Origin: Escherichia coli
Lineage (GTDB): Bacteria; Pseudomonadota; Gammaproteobacteria; Enterobacterales; Enterobacteriaceae
NCBI RefSeq assembly: GCF_013122565.1
Contig: NZ_CP053258.1
Reading direction: 5' to 3' (one strand)
DNA length: 64,000 nucleotides
Shown here: piece by piece, positions 11,674 to 22,617 of the stretch
Position numbering within the stretch: the stretch's first letter is position 1
Layout of the letters: every line of letters begins with the position of its first letter
Made by a program: the position numbers and the translations under genes
The notes under the pieces: generated by a model
What the model was told of the DNA's origin: nothing
The model's input: the letters and a program-made list of their open reading frames with translations, nothing else
Database searches by the model: none

Positions 11674-12597
11674 TCATTTTGTCGTTGTTTCCATATTATT
11701 TTTAGCAGATTCCGCCTGTAATTTTTTGATTTCTTGTTCTCTGTGGCGTGCAAACTCTTTACGGGTCGTGACGCGTTCATACAAAGTAATATCGGTAATC
11801 CCCCCACTCCGCATGCCCAAATGACCTCGTATATCCATATCAAATGTTCCAGCTATCCGGACATAATCGCCATTTAGCTGACGAGCACGAGTTAAGGTCA
11901 CGACTGGGTTTGGGAAATCAATATCCAACCACACGCTATCACTTTGAACAAAATTTTCCCAGGATTCTTTATTTAAATATAAGGCGTTGCCTTCAAACTC
12001 AATATTGCCGACACCTTCGACAACCACCTTTTGCAAATGGTATTTTTCTGGCTGCGCAAGTAGTGCCGTCATTGATATCGAATGAGAAAAATGATCGCTT
12101 GAGGGTTCATTAATTACAGCTCTGCGTTTCATTCGCGTATCTTCACGTATTTCTGCCCGTAGACTGTTAGGCATTTCATTACCATCATCGATGTCTTCTA
12201 TTAGCCAGCGATGATTATCATTTTCACGAACCAGCATCAGCCCCAGTAACCGGTGGACATTGGTGCGATTTTGTTTGATAACCAACTGCAACAGTACATG
12301 CGTTCGGCCGCCATTTAGGTGTGTGCTTTGGATTATTTCTGCAGAAACGAAAGTATCATCAACACAGCGACACAAAAGATTATTATTCAGCCAGGGTGTC
12401 ATTTTGCCAGGAGTAGCGCTCATATTACTTCGCAAATCGAGACTGAATTCATCGGTTATTGGTATATCGCCATTACTGGTCAATGGTTGGTACAAACGTT
12501 CTATCGCTTCATTAATCGATTCTTTGCACAACACGTTTCCGCTGAAGCCACAGAACAGCAGAATAAAAAAACAGGTGTGCCAGCGTCGCATAATCAT
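11674..12597 (-). CDS. Secreted protein, distant YqhG (DUF3828-like) paralogue
   Basis: 307 aa; N-terminal signal peptide (FFILLFCGFSGNVLC); weak shared motifs with YqhG (CxC-D, RWLIEDI vs RWVIDDI). Confidence 0.55.
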   Translation of the reverse strand: MIMRRWHTCFFILLFCGFSGNVLCKESINEAIERLYQPLTSNGDIPITDEFSLDLRSNMSATPGKMTPWLNNNLLCRCVDDTFVSAEIIQSTHLNGGRTHVLLQLVIKQNRTNVHRLLGLMLVRENDNHRWLIEDIDDGNEMPNSLRAEIREDTRMKRRAVINEPSSDHFSHSISMTALLAQPEKYHLQKVVVEGVGNIEFEGNALYLNKESWENFVQSDSVWLDIDFPNPVVTLTRARQLNGDYVRIAGTFDMDIRGHLGMRSGGITDITLYERVTTRKEFARHREQEIKKLQAESAKNNMETTTK

Positions 12598-12636
12598 GCC
12601 CTTATGTTTGGCTTTTTCTTAGCAAACAGCCTCTAA

Positions 12637-12669
12637 CCCGGCAACTGACATGCTGCCGGGGATTTTTTT
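12637..12669 (+). terminator. Intrinsic-terminator-like hairpin plus T-run
   Basis: cccggca...tgccggg stem followed by TTTTTTT on the + strand. Confidence 0.45.
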
Positions 12670-12670
12670 A

Positions 12671-12928
12671 TCATTCTGCGTACATACGCATGCAGCGCAG
12701 GCAATCAAAATAGTCCTGTGCATCAAGACGCGTATTGGCTCTGTTAGCTTCGGATTTGGCAGCATAGATTTGTGGGCGTAGTGCTTTCATATCCTGCTCA
12801 AGCCGGGCGATTTTGGCATTTAATGTTTGTACATTGCTCGCCAGTTGATTGACCTTTTGCTCATTGACGCAGCCACTGAGCAAGCAGGTTGCCAGAACAA
12901 CAGCTCCCACGGTGAAAATCGTTTTCAT
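12671..12928 (-). CDS. yqhH: Lpp-like lipoprotein YqhH
   Basis: 85 aa; lipobox LLSGC; coiled-coil Lpp-like sequence. Confidence 0.9.
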   Translation of the reverse strand: MKTIFTVGAVVLATCLLSGCVNEQKVNQLASNVQTLNAKIARLEQDMKALRPQIYAAKSEANRANTRLDAQDYFDCLRCMRMYAE

Positions 12929-12978
12929 ATAGTGTTCCCTTTTATTTATTGTTCCGGCTAATTGTTATTTAATTCAGC

Positions 12979-13905
12979 TCATTGCTTTAATCTGGCGGCG
13001 GTTTTCGCCTCAATCTGCTTAAGTAGGCTGCCGCTGTTCGGGCGGATAAAATCAGCGATTTCCCACTTACCTTCGCGCCGCTGTAAAACCAGCTCTTGCT
13101 CTTCGTTGTTGCCATTGGTCAGCGTAAAACGAACATGAATGCGGGCGGAATCGGCGGTTTTCTCCAGGACTCGAATTTCATCAACGCGTGAAAATAGCGA
13201 CTCTTCGCCAAAACAGATCGGATTGTCGTAAATAAATTGCCGTTCTATTTGCATATCTTCATCGGGATTGTTGGCCGTCTTGAAGGTGGTTTTATAGAAG
13301 GCATTGACCGCCTGGCGGTAAGAGTCGGAAACCACCCACGTCCACGGCCAGCTATAATCAGCAATATGTTCAAAGAGTTCAGCAACAAAGGATTCTGGCT
13401 GTTCTTTTTGCAACGAAGCTAAAGCGGCCAGCGTTTTTTCATTCTCGCTATTAACGGCATGCCAGATACTGCCATGATTGCTGACAATATCATCAATGAC
13501 CCAACGACCATTTTCCGCCACCATTTTCAGTGTCTGTGTGGTCTTTTCTTTATCATCTTTAAAGATACGAAAGCGCACAACGGCATCGGCATGATCGACG
13601 TCAGTTTGGGTTATCGCTACGCTTTCTAACACCAGCTCGCCAAAATCCTGACAATCACAAACCGGATCATAATCCAGCCAGCCAATATTGCCCGGTAGTG
13701 TAAGATTGTCGTTCAGGGTAAGCGCCTGTTGAATACGCGCTGAAGTTATCGCCCGCTCTCCGGTTTCACCGAAATAAGGCGTACTGGCATCTGATTTATA
13801 GTTCTGATAAATCTGCCGGACTGTTTGTTCTACGGTCTGTGAAGGAGGCTGCGCGTGTACGGTAAAACTTGCCAGGGCTGCTAAAAACAGAAGTATTATT
13901 TTCAT
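12979..13905 (-). CDS. yqhG: Secreted protein YqhG (DUF3828)
   Basis: 308 aa; signal peptide MKIILLFLAALASFTVHA. Confidence 0.9.
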   Translation of the reverse strand: MKIILLFLAALASFTVHAQPPSQTVEQTVRQIYQNYKSDASTPYFGETGERAITSARIQQALTLNDNLTLPGNIGWLDYDPVCDCQDFGELVLESVAITQTDVDHADAVVRFRIFKDDKEKTTQTLKMVAENGRWVIDDIVSNHGSIWHAVNSENEKTLAALASLQKEQPESFVAELFEHIADYSWPWTWVVSDSYRQAVNAFYKTTFKTANNPDEDMQIERQFIYDNPICFGEESLFSRVDEIRVLEKTADSARIHVRFTLTNGNNEEQELVLQRREGKWEIADFIRPNSGSLLKQIEAKTAARLKQ

Positions 13906-14104
13906 CTGTTTTTCACCTCTCCGTTGCGTTTATCCCGGGTGTAGATGAGTTGTTCCTTTAAGAGCTTCCGGCTCTGCATGATGATGTCCTTATATTTGGC
14001 ATTCCTGAACAAGGAAGAGTAACAATGGGCAGGACGCGAGGGGAATAAATGATTTCTGAAAAGTCCGGTAGCGGAACATTACCGCCACCGGGAAAATTTG
14101 CACG

Positions 14105-14932
14105 TTAGCCGCCAAACTGGTCAGGATCGGGACCGAGACGCTTGCCCTGATCGAGTTTTGCAATCTCGCCGAGTTCGTCTTTGTCGAGACGGAAATCCCA
14201 GACATCAAAGTTTTCGGCAATACGTGAAGGTGTGACCGATTTCGGGATCACCACCAGGCCGCTATCCAGATGCCAGCGGATAACAATCTGCGCCGGGGTT
14301 TTGCCGTATTTATCTGCCAGATCGCGAATGACTTTCTGATCGAAAACGCCTTTCCCTCCTTGCGCTAATGGGCTCCAGGATTCGGTCTGGATTTTGTGTG
14401 TCGCGTTCCAGGCATGTAGCTGGCGTTGTTGCATCAGCGGGTGAAGTTCGATCTGATTAATAACAGGCGTCACGCCAGTTTCATCAATCAGGCGTTGCAG
14501 GTGATGGATCTGGAAGTTGCACACGCCGATGCTTTTGATTAATCCCTCTTTTTGCAATTCGATCATGCCTTTCCATGCTTCGACATAATGGTCGATAGCG
14601 GGAACGGGCCAGTGCATTAAGTAGAGGTCGATATAATCAAGCTGGAGTTTTTTCAGGCTGTCGAGCAGGGCTTCGCGGGGGCGCTTGTGGTCGTCGTTCC
14701 ACAGCTTAGTGGTGATGAACAGTTCTTCTCTGTTGACTGAGGCATTTTTCAGGGCTTTGCCGACACCTTCTTCGTTCTTATAGGCCGCGGCGGTATCAAT
14801 CGAGCGATAACCCACTTCTAACGCTTTTTGAATGGCGGTGATTACTTCCTCATTACTTGCTTGCCAGACGCCCAGTCCCAGCTGGGGCATGACATTGCCA
14901 TCCTGTAGCTTAATAACGGTTGGATTAGCCAT
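14105..14932 (-). CDS. dkgA: 2,5-diketo-D-gluconate reductase A / methylglyoxal reductase (aldo-keto reductase)
   Basis: 275 aa; MANPTVIKLQDGNVMPQLGLGVWQ. Confidence 0.93.
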   Translation of the reverse strand: MANPTVIKLQDGNVMPQLGLGVWQASNEEVITAIQKALEVGYRSIDTAAAYKNEEGVGKALKNASVNREELFITTKLWNDDHKRPREALLDSLKKLQLDYIDLYLMHWPVPAIDHYVEAWKGMIELQKEGLIKSIGVCNFQIHHLQRLIDETGVTPVINQIELHPLMQQRQLHAWNATHKIQTESWSPLAQGGKGVFDQKVIRDLADKYGKTPAQIVIRWHLDSGLVVIPKSVTPSRIAENFDVWDFRLDKDELGEIAKLDQGKRLGPDPDQFGG

Positions 14933-15036
14933 ACGTTCCTCCTTTATATGAACTCACCGGAGCAGGCTCCGGTGAGGTGTTGTGAACTTAAGTCTGGACG
15001 AAATGCCCGAAAACGAAAGTTTGAGGCGTAAAAAGC

Positions 15037-16200
15037 TTAGCGGGCGGCTTCGTATATACGGCGGCTGACATCCAGCGTAATGTCATGATTTTCGCCCAGT
15101 TGGGTCATGCCGTGCTCTTCCAGTTTTTTCAGCAAAGCCGGGATGGAGCTGCCGTCCAGACCGTAGTCGGAGAGGTGGGTCGGCACGCCTAATTGCTCAA
15201 AGAAATTGCGGGTTGCGGCAATCGCGGCGTCAATACGCTCATCGTCGGAACCTTCAGTGATGTTCCAGACGCGTTCAGCATATTGCAGCAGCTTAGCGCG
15301 CTTGGTATCGCGTTTTTCATTCCACAGTGCAGGCAGGATGATAGCCAGTGTTTGCGCGTGATCCAGACCGTGCATCGCAGTCAGTTCGTGGCCCAGCATA
15401 TGCGTTGCCCAGTCCTGCGGTACGCCAGCGCCGATCAAACCGTTCAGCGCCTGAGTCGCCGCCCACATGACGTTGGCGCGCACATCGTAGTTTTCTGGCT
15501 CTTTCAGGGCTTTCGGACCATCTTCGATCAGCGTCAACAAAATGCCTTCTGCGAAACGGTCCTGAATTTTGGCATCAACCGGTTTGGTAACATACTGTTC
15601 CACGGTGTGTACAAAGGCGTCCACTACGCCGTTAGCCACCTGACGCGGCGGCAGGGTGTAGGTATAAACCGGATCGAGCACGGCAAATACGGGCTGAACA
15701 TGGGCAGAATGGAACGCCTGCTTGTCGCCTGTGGTTTTACGGGAGATCACCGCACCGGCGTTGGATTCTGAACCGGTTGCTGGCAGCGTCAGCACACAGC
15801 CCATCGGGATGGCGCTTTTAATCTCTTTACCGCCCGTTTGCAGAATGTGCCACGGATCGATATTTTCCGGATAGTTAGCCGCTGCGGCGATAAATTTGGT
15901 GCCGTCCAGTACAGAACCGCCGCCAACCGCCAGCAGGAAAGTCACTTTTTGTTCGCGAACCAGTTTCACGGCGTTCATCAGCGTTTCATAAGCCGGGTTT
16001 GGCTCAATACCGCCAAATTCCAGCACGTCCATGCCTTTCAGGGCATCCAGAACTTGATCGAGAACGCCGGTTTTTTTCACGCTGCCGCCGCCGTAGGTAA
16101 TCAATACGCGAGCATCGTGAGGAATTTGTTCGCGTAAACCAGCGATTGCGCCTTTACCAAACAGAATGCGGGTTGGGGTGTGCAGATTAAAGTTGTTCAT
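15037..16200 (-). CDS. yqhD: NADPH-dependent aldehyde reductase (iron-containing alcohol dehydrogenase family)
   Basis: 387 aa from internal Met [17 protein letters not shown] (the ORF-track start at 16224 is 8 codons upstream). Confidence 0.92.
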   Translation of the reverse strand: MNNFNLHTPTRILFGKGAIAGLREQIPHDARVLITYGGGSVKKTGVLDQVLDALKGMDVLEFGGIEPNPAYETLMNAVKLVREQKVTFLLAVGGGSVLDGTKFIAAAANYPENIDPWHILQTGGKEIKSAIPMGCVLTLPATGSESNAGAVISRKTTGDKQAFHSAHVQPVFAVLDPVYTYTLPPRQVANGVVDAFVHTVEQYVTKPVDAKIQDRFAEGILLTLIEDGPKALKEPENYDVRANVMWAATQALNGLIGAGVPQDWATHMLGHELTAMHGLDHAQTLAIILPALWNEKRDTKRAKLLQYAERVWNITEGSDDERIDAAIAATRNFFEQLGVPTHLSDYGLDGSSIPALLKKLEEHGMTQLGENHDITLDVSRRIYEAAR

Positions 16201-16336
16201 TACTTGCTCCCTTTGCTGGGTCAATATGAGGGCAGAGAACGATCTGCCTGATGTTTTTCATTGTGGTCGCCAGCGCCGTACCTCTCAATGCTTATTTCTG
16301 CCAATGTCTTGCCTATTTCTCCAGAGTGCTGGAGAA

Positions 16337-17293
16337 ATGCTACAAAATTGCGCACAATCAAATTGCCGCATTCTTCCTAAGAAATTACGCGATATGAAAC
16401 GTGAAGAGATTTGCCGCTTGCTGGCGGATAAAGTTAATAAACTGAAAAATAAAGAAAATAGTTTGTCAGAACTGTTGCCCGATGTGCGTTTGTTGTATGG
16501 CGAGACGCCTTTCGCACGCACACCGGTGATGTACGAGCCTGGCATCATAATTCTCTTTTCCGGACATAAAATCGGTTATATCAATGAACGCGTGTTTCGT
16601 TATGATGCCAATGAATACCTGCTGCTGACGGTGCCGTTGCCGTTTGAGTGCGAAACCTATGCCACGTCAGAGGTGCCGCTGGCAGGGTTGCGTCTCAATG
16701 TCGATATTTTGCAGTTACAGGAACTGTTGATGGACATTGGCGAAGATGAGCATTTCCAGCCGTCGATGGCAGCCAGCGGGATTAACTCCGCCACGTTATC
16801 AGAAGAGATTTTATGCGCGGCGGAGCGGTTACTCGACGTGATGGAGCGACCACTGGATGCGCGTATTCTCGGCAAACAGATCATCCGCGAAATTCTGTAC
16901 TACGTGCTGACCGGACCTTGCGGCGGCGCGTTACTGGCGCTGGTCAGTCGCCAGACTCACTTCAGTCTGATTAGCCGCGTGCTGAAACGGATTGAGAATA
17001 AATACACCGAAAACCTGAGCGTCGAGCAACTGGCGGCAGAAGCCAACATGAGCGTATCGGCGTTCCACCATAATTTTAAGTCTGTCACCAGCACCTCGCC
17101 GTTGCAGTATTTGAAGAATTACCGTCTGCATAAGGCGCGGATGATGATCATCCACGACGGCATGAAGGCCAGCGCAGCAGCGATGCGCGTCGGCTATGAA
17201 AGCGCATCGCAATTTAGCCGTGAGTTTAAACGTTATTTCGGTGTGACGCCGGGAGAAGATGCGGCAAGAATGCGGGCGATGCAGGGGAATTAA
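16337..17293 (+). CDS. yqhC: AraC-family transcriptional activator of yqhD-dkgA
   Basis: 318 aa from ATG at 16337; C-terminal AraC HTH; divergent from yqhD. Confidence 0.88.
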   Translation: MLQNCAQSNCRILPKKLRDMKREEICRLLADKVNKLKNKENSLSELLPDVRLLYGETPFARTPVMYEPGIIILFSGHKIGYINERVFRYDANEYLLLTVPLPFECETYATSEVPLAGLRLNVDILQLQELLMDIGEDEHFQPSMAASGINSATLSEEILCAAERLLDVMERPLDARILGKQIIREILYYVLTGPCGGALLALVSRQTHFSLISRVLKRIENKYTENLSVEQLAAEANMSVSAFHHNFKSVTSTSPLQYLKNYRLHKARMMIIHDGMKASAAAMRVGYESASQFSREFKRYFGVTPGEDAARMRAMQGN

Positions 17294-17332
17294 ATACGTT
17301 CCCGGTACAGCAACCGGGAACGGGGAAAATCG

Positions 17333-17992
17333 TCAGGCGTTACAGTATTTTTTTTTAATCACCACAAACAGCGTGCCTAACAAGCCAGCGGTTAACAAGG
17401 CAATTGGCAGGATCATCAGGAACGTCATTACCTGATCTTCATGGCGTTTAACGAACGGAATCATACTTAAGGCATAGCCGAAACTGGTTACCACGCTGAC
17501 CCACAGCAATCCGCTTAACCAGTTGAAAAACTGGAAACGGCGGTTTGGCAGACCGGAAATTCCCGCCATGGTTGGCAGCAGCGTACGGACAAATGCAAGA
17601 AAACGTCCAGCCAGCAGCGCCAGCAGACCGTGGCGGTCAAACATGCAGGTGGCGCGCTGGTGATATTTAGCAGGAAGCTGTGCCAGCCAGCCTTTCACCG
17701 TTTTGGTATTCCCTAACCAGCGCCCCTGAATATAACTTAGCCAGCAGCCCAGACTTGCTGCGGCGGTCAGAATCGCAATCGTAGGCAGAAAATCCATAAC
17801 CCCCTGGGCAATCAATGCGCCTGCCAGTATCAACAAGCTGTCGCCTGGCAAAAATGAGGCGGGCAGCAGGCCGTTTTCTAAAAACAGCGTGGCAAACATG
17901 ACAAAGTAAACAACGCTAACAATATGAGGATCCGCCAGCGCGGCAAAGTCGTGTTGCCAGAGCGCAGCGATGATATCTTGAATAACAGCCAT
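17333..17992 (-). CDS. yghB: DedA-family inner membrane protein
   Basis: 219 aa; [33 protein letters not shown]. Confidence 0.92.
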
Positions 17993-18131
17993 GGACTTTC
18001 CTGTGGAACAGCGTTTAAGCCTTTATCTGCCTATTGTACTCCTGAATCGTCCGGGACGCCTTGATCCCGGACGCAACAATTTAAGACTTTTCACAATAAA
18101 ATGTCTGCAAAATTGTCCAAAAGTGGCAATG

Positions 18132-19319
18132 TTATACAATCCGCGCAAAACCGGCGTCCAGATCGGCAATCAGATCGTCGACATCTTCCAGACCAATATG
18201 CAGGCGAATCAAGGTCCCGCTAAAATCGATCTCGCCTTGTGGGCGAATGGCGGCGATATGTTCTGGTTGATTTGCCAGGATCAACGATTCATACCCGCCC
18301 CACGAGTAGGCCATGCTGAATAAACTGAAGTTATCCAGATAGTTCGCCAGCTCTTCATCATTGAGTTTTTTCTTAAGCACAAAGGAAAATAGCCCGCTGC
18401 TGCCTGTAAAGTCTCGTTTCCAGAATTCGTGTCCTTTACTGCCAGGCAGGGCAGGGTGGTTAACTCGCGCAACTTGCGGATGTTCTGCCAGCCATTCGGC
18501 CACTTTCAGACTGCTTTCATGATGTTGACGCAAACGCACACCTAATGTGCGCAGGCCACGGCTGGTTATATAGGCGGTATCGGCATCGACCATCTGGCCC
18601 ATCAGATAGGCATTTTCCCGTAGCTGCTCCCAGCAACGGGCATTGCACACGGCAGTGCCAATCATCGCATCTGAATGCCCAACCAGATATTTGGTGGCGG
18701 CCTGAATAGAAACATCGATGCCAAAATCCAGCGCCTTAAACAGCACACCGGCTGCCCAGGTGTTGTCGATCATAATGATGGCATCCGGCACCACACTGCG
18801 CACGGCGGCAACAATCGCCGGAACGTCGTGGACTTCCATAGTGATGGAACCCGGCGATTCCAGAAACACGATTTTAGTGTTTGGCTGCAGATGCTTAACG
18901 ATATCGGCACCAATCAGCGGATCAAACCACGATGTCGTTACGCCCAGTTTGCTGAGGATTTTGCTACAGAAATCCTGACTCGGTTCATAGGCGGTGTTGG
19001 TCATCAACACATGATCGCCCTGTTCGACAAAAGCAAGAATCGAATTAGCAACCGCTGCCGCCCCGCAGGGAAATAGCGCGCAGCCTGCGCCACCTTCCAG
19101 TTCACACATCGCTTGTTGTAAGGAAAAATGGGTTAACGTTCCGCGCCGTCCATAGAACAACTCGCCATTGGCGCGATTGCGCGTCGCGTGCTTTTTGGCT
19201 TCCATACTCTCAAATACCAGCGAAGAAGCGCGCTGAATCACGCTATTTACCGCGCCGAGAGTGTATTTTTTGCTGCGTCCTGCATTCACCAGTTGAGTAT
19301 CAAGCTTTTTGTCCGCCAT
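18132..19319 (-). CDS. metC: Cystathionine beta-lyase (PLP-dependent)
   Basis: 395 aa from Met [15 protein letters not shown] (the ORF-track start at 19454 is upstream). Confidence 0.93.
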   Translation of the reverse strand: MADKKLDTQLVNAGRSKKYTLGAVNSVIQRASSLVFESMEAKKHATRNRANGELFYGRRGTLTHFSLQQAMCELEGGAGCALFPCGAAAVANSILAFVEQGDHVLMTNTAYEPSQDFCSKILSKLGVTTSWFDPLIGADIVKHLQPNTKIVFLESPGSITMEVHDVPAIVAAVRSVVPDAIIMIDNTWAAGVLFKALDFGIDVSIQAATKYLVGHSDAMIGTAVCNARCWEQLRENAYLMGQMVDADTAYITSRGLRTLGVRLRQHHESSLKVAEWLAEHPQVARVNHPALPGSKGHEFWKRDFTGSSGLFSFVLKKKLNDEELANYLDNFSLFSMAYSWGGYESLILANQPEHIAAIRPQGEIDFSGTLIRLHIGLEDVDDLIADLDAGFARIV

Positions 19320-19338
19320 GTCGGGATTCCTGTTTTTA

Positions 19339-19354
19339 TACGTCTGGATGTCTA
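19339..19354. promoter_or_regulatory. Candidate tandem MetJ boxes upstream of metC
   Basis: tacgtctg-gatgtcta resembles two tandem 8-bp met boxes (consensus AGACGTCT) just upstream of the metC start. Confidence 0.4.
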
Positions 19355-19570
19355 AACTAGCATGAATATTCGCGGGCGCATCCTGAAGAATTGGCATAAA
19401 GCAGAAAATTTTCGCAAATGGCGTGCTGGTGACTTTTTTACTGCGTAAACGCAAGGAAAAGAAAGCAAAGGTACGGCAGTATGCAAATAGTAATGAGAAC
19501 GACTATCAATTCGACGTCGTTTTGATATTATTATGCGCAGATTTTGTGACTTGCGTCCTGGAGATACACA

Positions 19571-20305
19571 GTGGGTAATAATTTAATGCAGACGGACCTT
19601 TCCGTCTGGGGTATGTATCAGCACGCCGATATTGTCGTTAAGTGCGTGATGATTGGGCTTATTTTGGCCTCCGTAGTCACCTGGGCAATCTTCTTCAGTA
19701 AGAGCGTAGAGTTCTTCAATCAGAAGCGTCGCCTTAAGCGCGAGCAGCAACTGCTGGCTGAAGCGCGTTCCTTAAACCAGGCCAACGATATCGCCGCTGA
19801 TTTTGGTAGCAAAAGCTTAAGCCTGCATTTGCTCAATGAAGCGCAGAATGAGCTGGAACTGTCAGAAGGCAGCGACGATAACGAAGGTATTAAAGAACGT
19901 ACCAGCTTCCGTCTGGAGCGTCGGGTCGCCGCAGTAGGTCGTCAAATGGGCCGCGGTAACGGCTATCTGGCAACCATCGGCGCGATTTCGCCGTTCGTTG
20001 GTCTGTTTGGTACGGTCTGGGGCATCATGAACAGCTTTATTGGTATCGCGCAAACGCAGACTACTAACCTGGCAGTCGTTGCGCCGGGTATCGCAGAAGC
20101 TCTGTTAGCAACGGCAATCGGCCTCGTGGCAGCGATTCCTGCGGTCGTTATCTATAACGTATTTGCACGCCAGATTGGCGGCTTTAAAGCGATGCTGGGT
20201 GATGTTGCAGCGCAGGTATTGTTGCTGCAAAGCCGTGACCTGGATCTGGAAGCCAGCGCCGCTGCGCATCCGGTTCGTGTCGCACAAAAATTACGCGCAG
20301 GATAA
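19571..20305 (+). CDS. exbB: Ton system proton-channel protein ExbB
   Basis: 244 aa; GTG start; MGNNLMQTDLSVWGMYQHADIVVKCVMIGLIL. Confidence 0.93.
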   Translation: MGNNLMQTDLSVWGMYQHADIVVKCVMIGLILASVVTWAIFFSKSVEFFNQKRRLKREQQLLAEARSLNQANDIAADFGSKSLSLHLLNEAQNELELSEGSDDNEGIKERTSFRLERRVAAVGRQMGRGNGYLATIGAISPFVGLFGTVWGIMNSFIGIAQTQTTNLAVVAPGIAEALLATAIGLVAAIPAVVIYNVFARQIGGFKAMLGDVAAQVLLLQSRDLDLEASAAAHPVRVAQKLRAG

Positions 20306-20311
20306 TGCCCG

Positions 20312-20737
20312 ATGGCAATGCATCTTAACGAAAACCTCGATGATAACGGCGAAATGCATGATATCAACGTGACGCCGTTTATCGACGTGATGTTGGTTCT
20401 GCTGATTATCTTTATGGTGGCGGCACCGTTAGCGACGGTAGATGTGAAGGTGAACTTGCCTGCTTCTACCAGCACGCCGCAGCCGCGCCCGGAAAAACCG
20501 GTTTATCTGTCGGTGAAGGCAGACAACTCGATGTTTATCGGTAACGATCCGGTCACCGATGAAACAATGATTACGGCGTTGAATGCGTTAACCGAAGGCA
20601 AGAAAGACACCACCATCTTCTTCCGAGCGGATAAAACCGTCGATTACGAGACGTTGATGAAGGTAATGGATACGCTGCATCAGGCGGGTTACCTGAAGAT
20701 AGGTCTGGTCGGCGAAGAAACCGCCAAAGCGAAGTAA
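20312..20737 (+). CDS. exbD: Ton system protein ExbD
   Basis: 141 aa; immediately downstream of exbB. Confidence 0.93.
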   Translation: MAMHLNENLDDNGEMHDINVTPFIDVMLVLLIIFMVAAPLATVDVKVNLPASTSTPQPRPEKPVYLSVKADNSMFIGNDPVTDETMITALNALTEGKKDTTIFFRADKTVDYETLMKVMDTLHQAGYLKIGLVGEETAKAK

Positions 20738-20746
20738 AGTAGAATT

Positions 20747-20960
20747 GCCTGATGCGCTACGCTCATCAGGCCTACAAAATCTATTGCAACATGTTGAATC
20801 TTCGTGCGTTTGTAGGCCGGATAAGGCGTTCACGCCGCATCCGGCATTAGGGGCTCAATGCCTGATGCGCTACGCTCATCAGGCCTACAAAATCTATTGC
20901 AACATGTTGAATCTTCATGCGTTTGTAGGCGGATAAGGCGTTTTCGCCACATCAGGTAAG
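20747..20960. repeat. BIME/REP cluster (two tandem ~100-bp units of palindromic elements)
   Basis: Near-exact direct repeat of gcctgatgcgctacgctcatcaggcctacaaaatctattgcaacatgttgaatcttc...gtaggc(c)ggataaggcgtt; REP-type palindromes. Confidence 0.8.
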
Positions 20961-20977
20961 AGTGAATTCACAATGAT

Positions 20978-21011
20978 GCCCGGTTGCTTTTCACAACCGG
21001 GCATTTTTTTA
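20978..21011 (+). terminator. Rho-independent terminator (hairpin plus T7)
   Basis: gcccggttg-cttttcac-caaccgggc followed by TTTTTTT. Confidence 0.6.
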
Positions 21012-21893
21012 ACCTAAATGCTCGCCGCCGCACACGCCGTGCACTTCTGCGGTGACGTAGCTCGACTCCTGACTTGCCAGATAAACATATACAGGGGCCA
21101 GTTCCGCCGGTTGCCCCGCACGCTTCATCGGCGTTTGCTGACCAAACTGCGGGATCTTATCCTGCGTTTGTCCGCCGGAAATTTGCAGTGCTGTCCAGAT
21201 TGGGCCTGGCGCGACAATATTCACCCGAATACCTTTCTCTGCGACCTGTTTTGCCAGGCCACGGCTGTAGTTCAGAATTGCCGCCTTCGTAGCCGCATAG
21301 TCCAGTAAATGCGGGCTTGGCTGGTATGCCTGGATTGACGAAGTGGTGATGATACTTGCACCTTTCGGTAGCAGGGGGATCGCTTCCTGGGTTAGCCAGA
21401 ACAGCGCGAAAACGTTAATGGCAAAGGTCTTTTGAAACTGTTCGCTGGTGAGGTCTGCAATATCAGGAATGGCAACCTGTTTCCCGGCGACCAGCGCCAT
21501 AATATCCAGCCCGCCTAAGGCCTTATGCGCTTCGTGAACCAGCGAACGGGCAAATTTCTCATCGCTTAAATCGCCTGGCAGCAGAACGGCTTTGCGTCCG
21601 CATTCTTCAATGATCTTTTTCACATCCTGAGCGTCTTCTTCTTCCACGGGAAGATAACTGATCGCCACGTCAGCCCCTTCACGCGCGTAAGCGATGGCGG
21701 CAGCGCGACCGATTCCGGAATCGCCCCCTGTCACCAGGGCTTTACGATCTTTCAGGCGACCGCTACCAACATAGGTTTTCTCGCCGCAATCCGGTACCGG
21801 TGTCATCTTCGCCTGGATGCCTGGCGTCGGTTGTTTCTGTTTGGGATATTCACCAGTGTAATACTGCGTGGTCGGGTCTTTTAAATGAGACAT
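21009..21893 (-). CDS. yghA: Short-chain dehydrogenase/reductase YghA
   Basis: 294 aa; Rossmann motif [10 protein letters not shown]. Confidence 0.9.
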
Positions 21894-22014
21894 CGTTTTT
21901 CTCCCTTCAGGTTCAACGTCCTTTAAGGGTAGACGCTCTCGATGCGTTGATAAGGGAACCAGGAAAATCCCTAAACCTCAGAATTATGCGACAAAGGTTT
22001 AATGGATATGTTGA

Positions 22015-22578
<564 letters not shown>

Positions 22579-22617
22579 TCTGATTCGGGCGCGGTTCTCG
22601 CGCCCGTTATTAACAGG

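Noticed and set aside
15193-15771. 192-aa ORF antisense to yqhD
   Set aside because: Nested antisense to yqhD; spurious.
20747-20960. Possible CRISPR array
   Set aside because: Only two long repeat units, internally palindromic and matching REP/BIME architecture; no short-repeat/unique-spacer periodicity and no cas genes.
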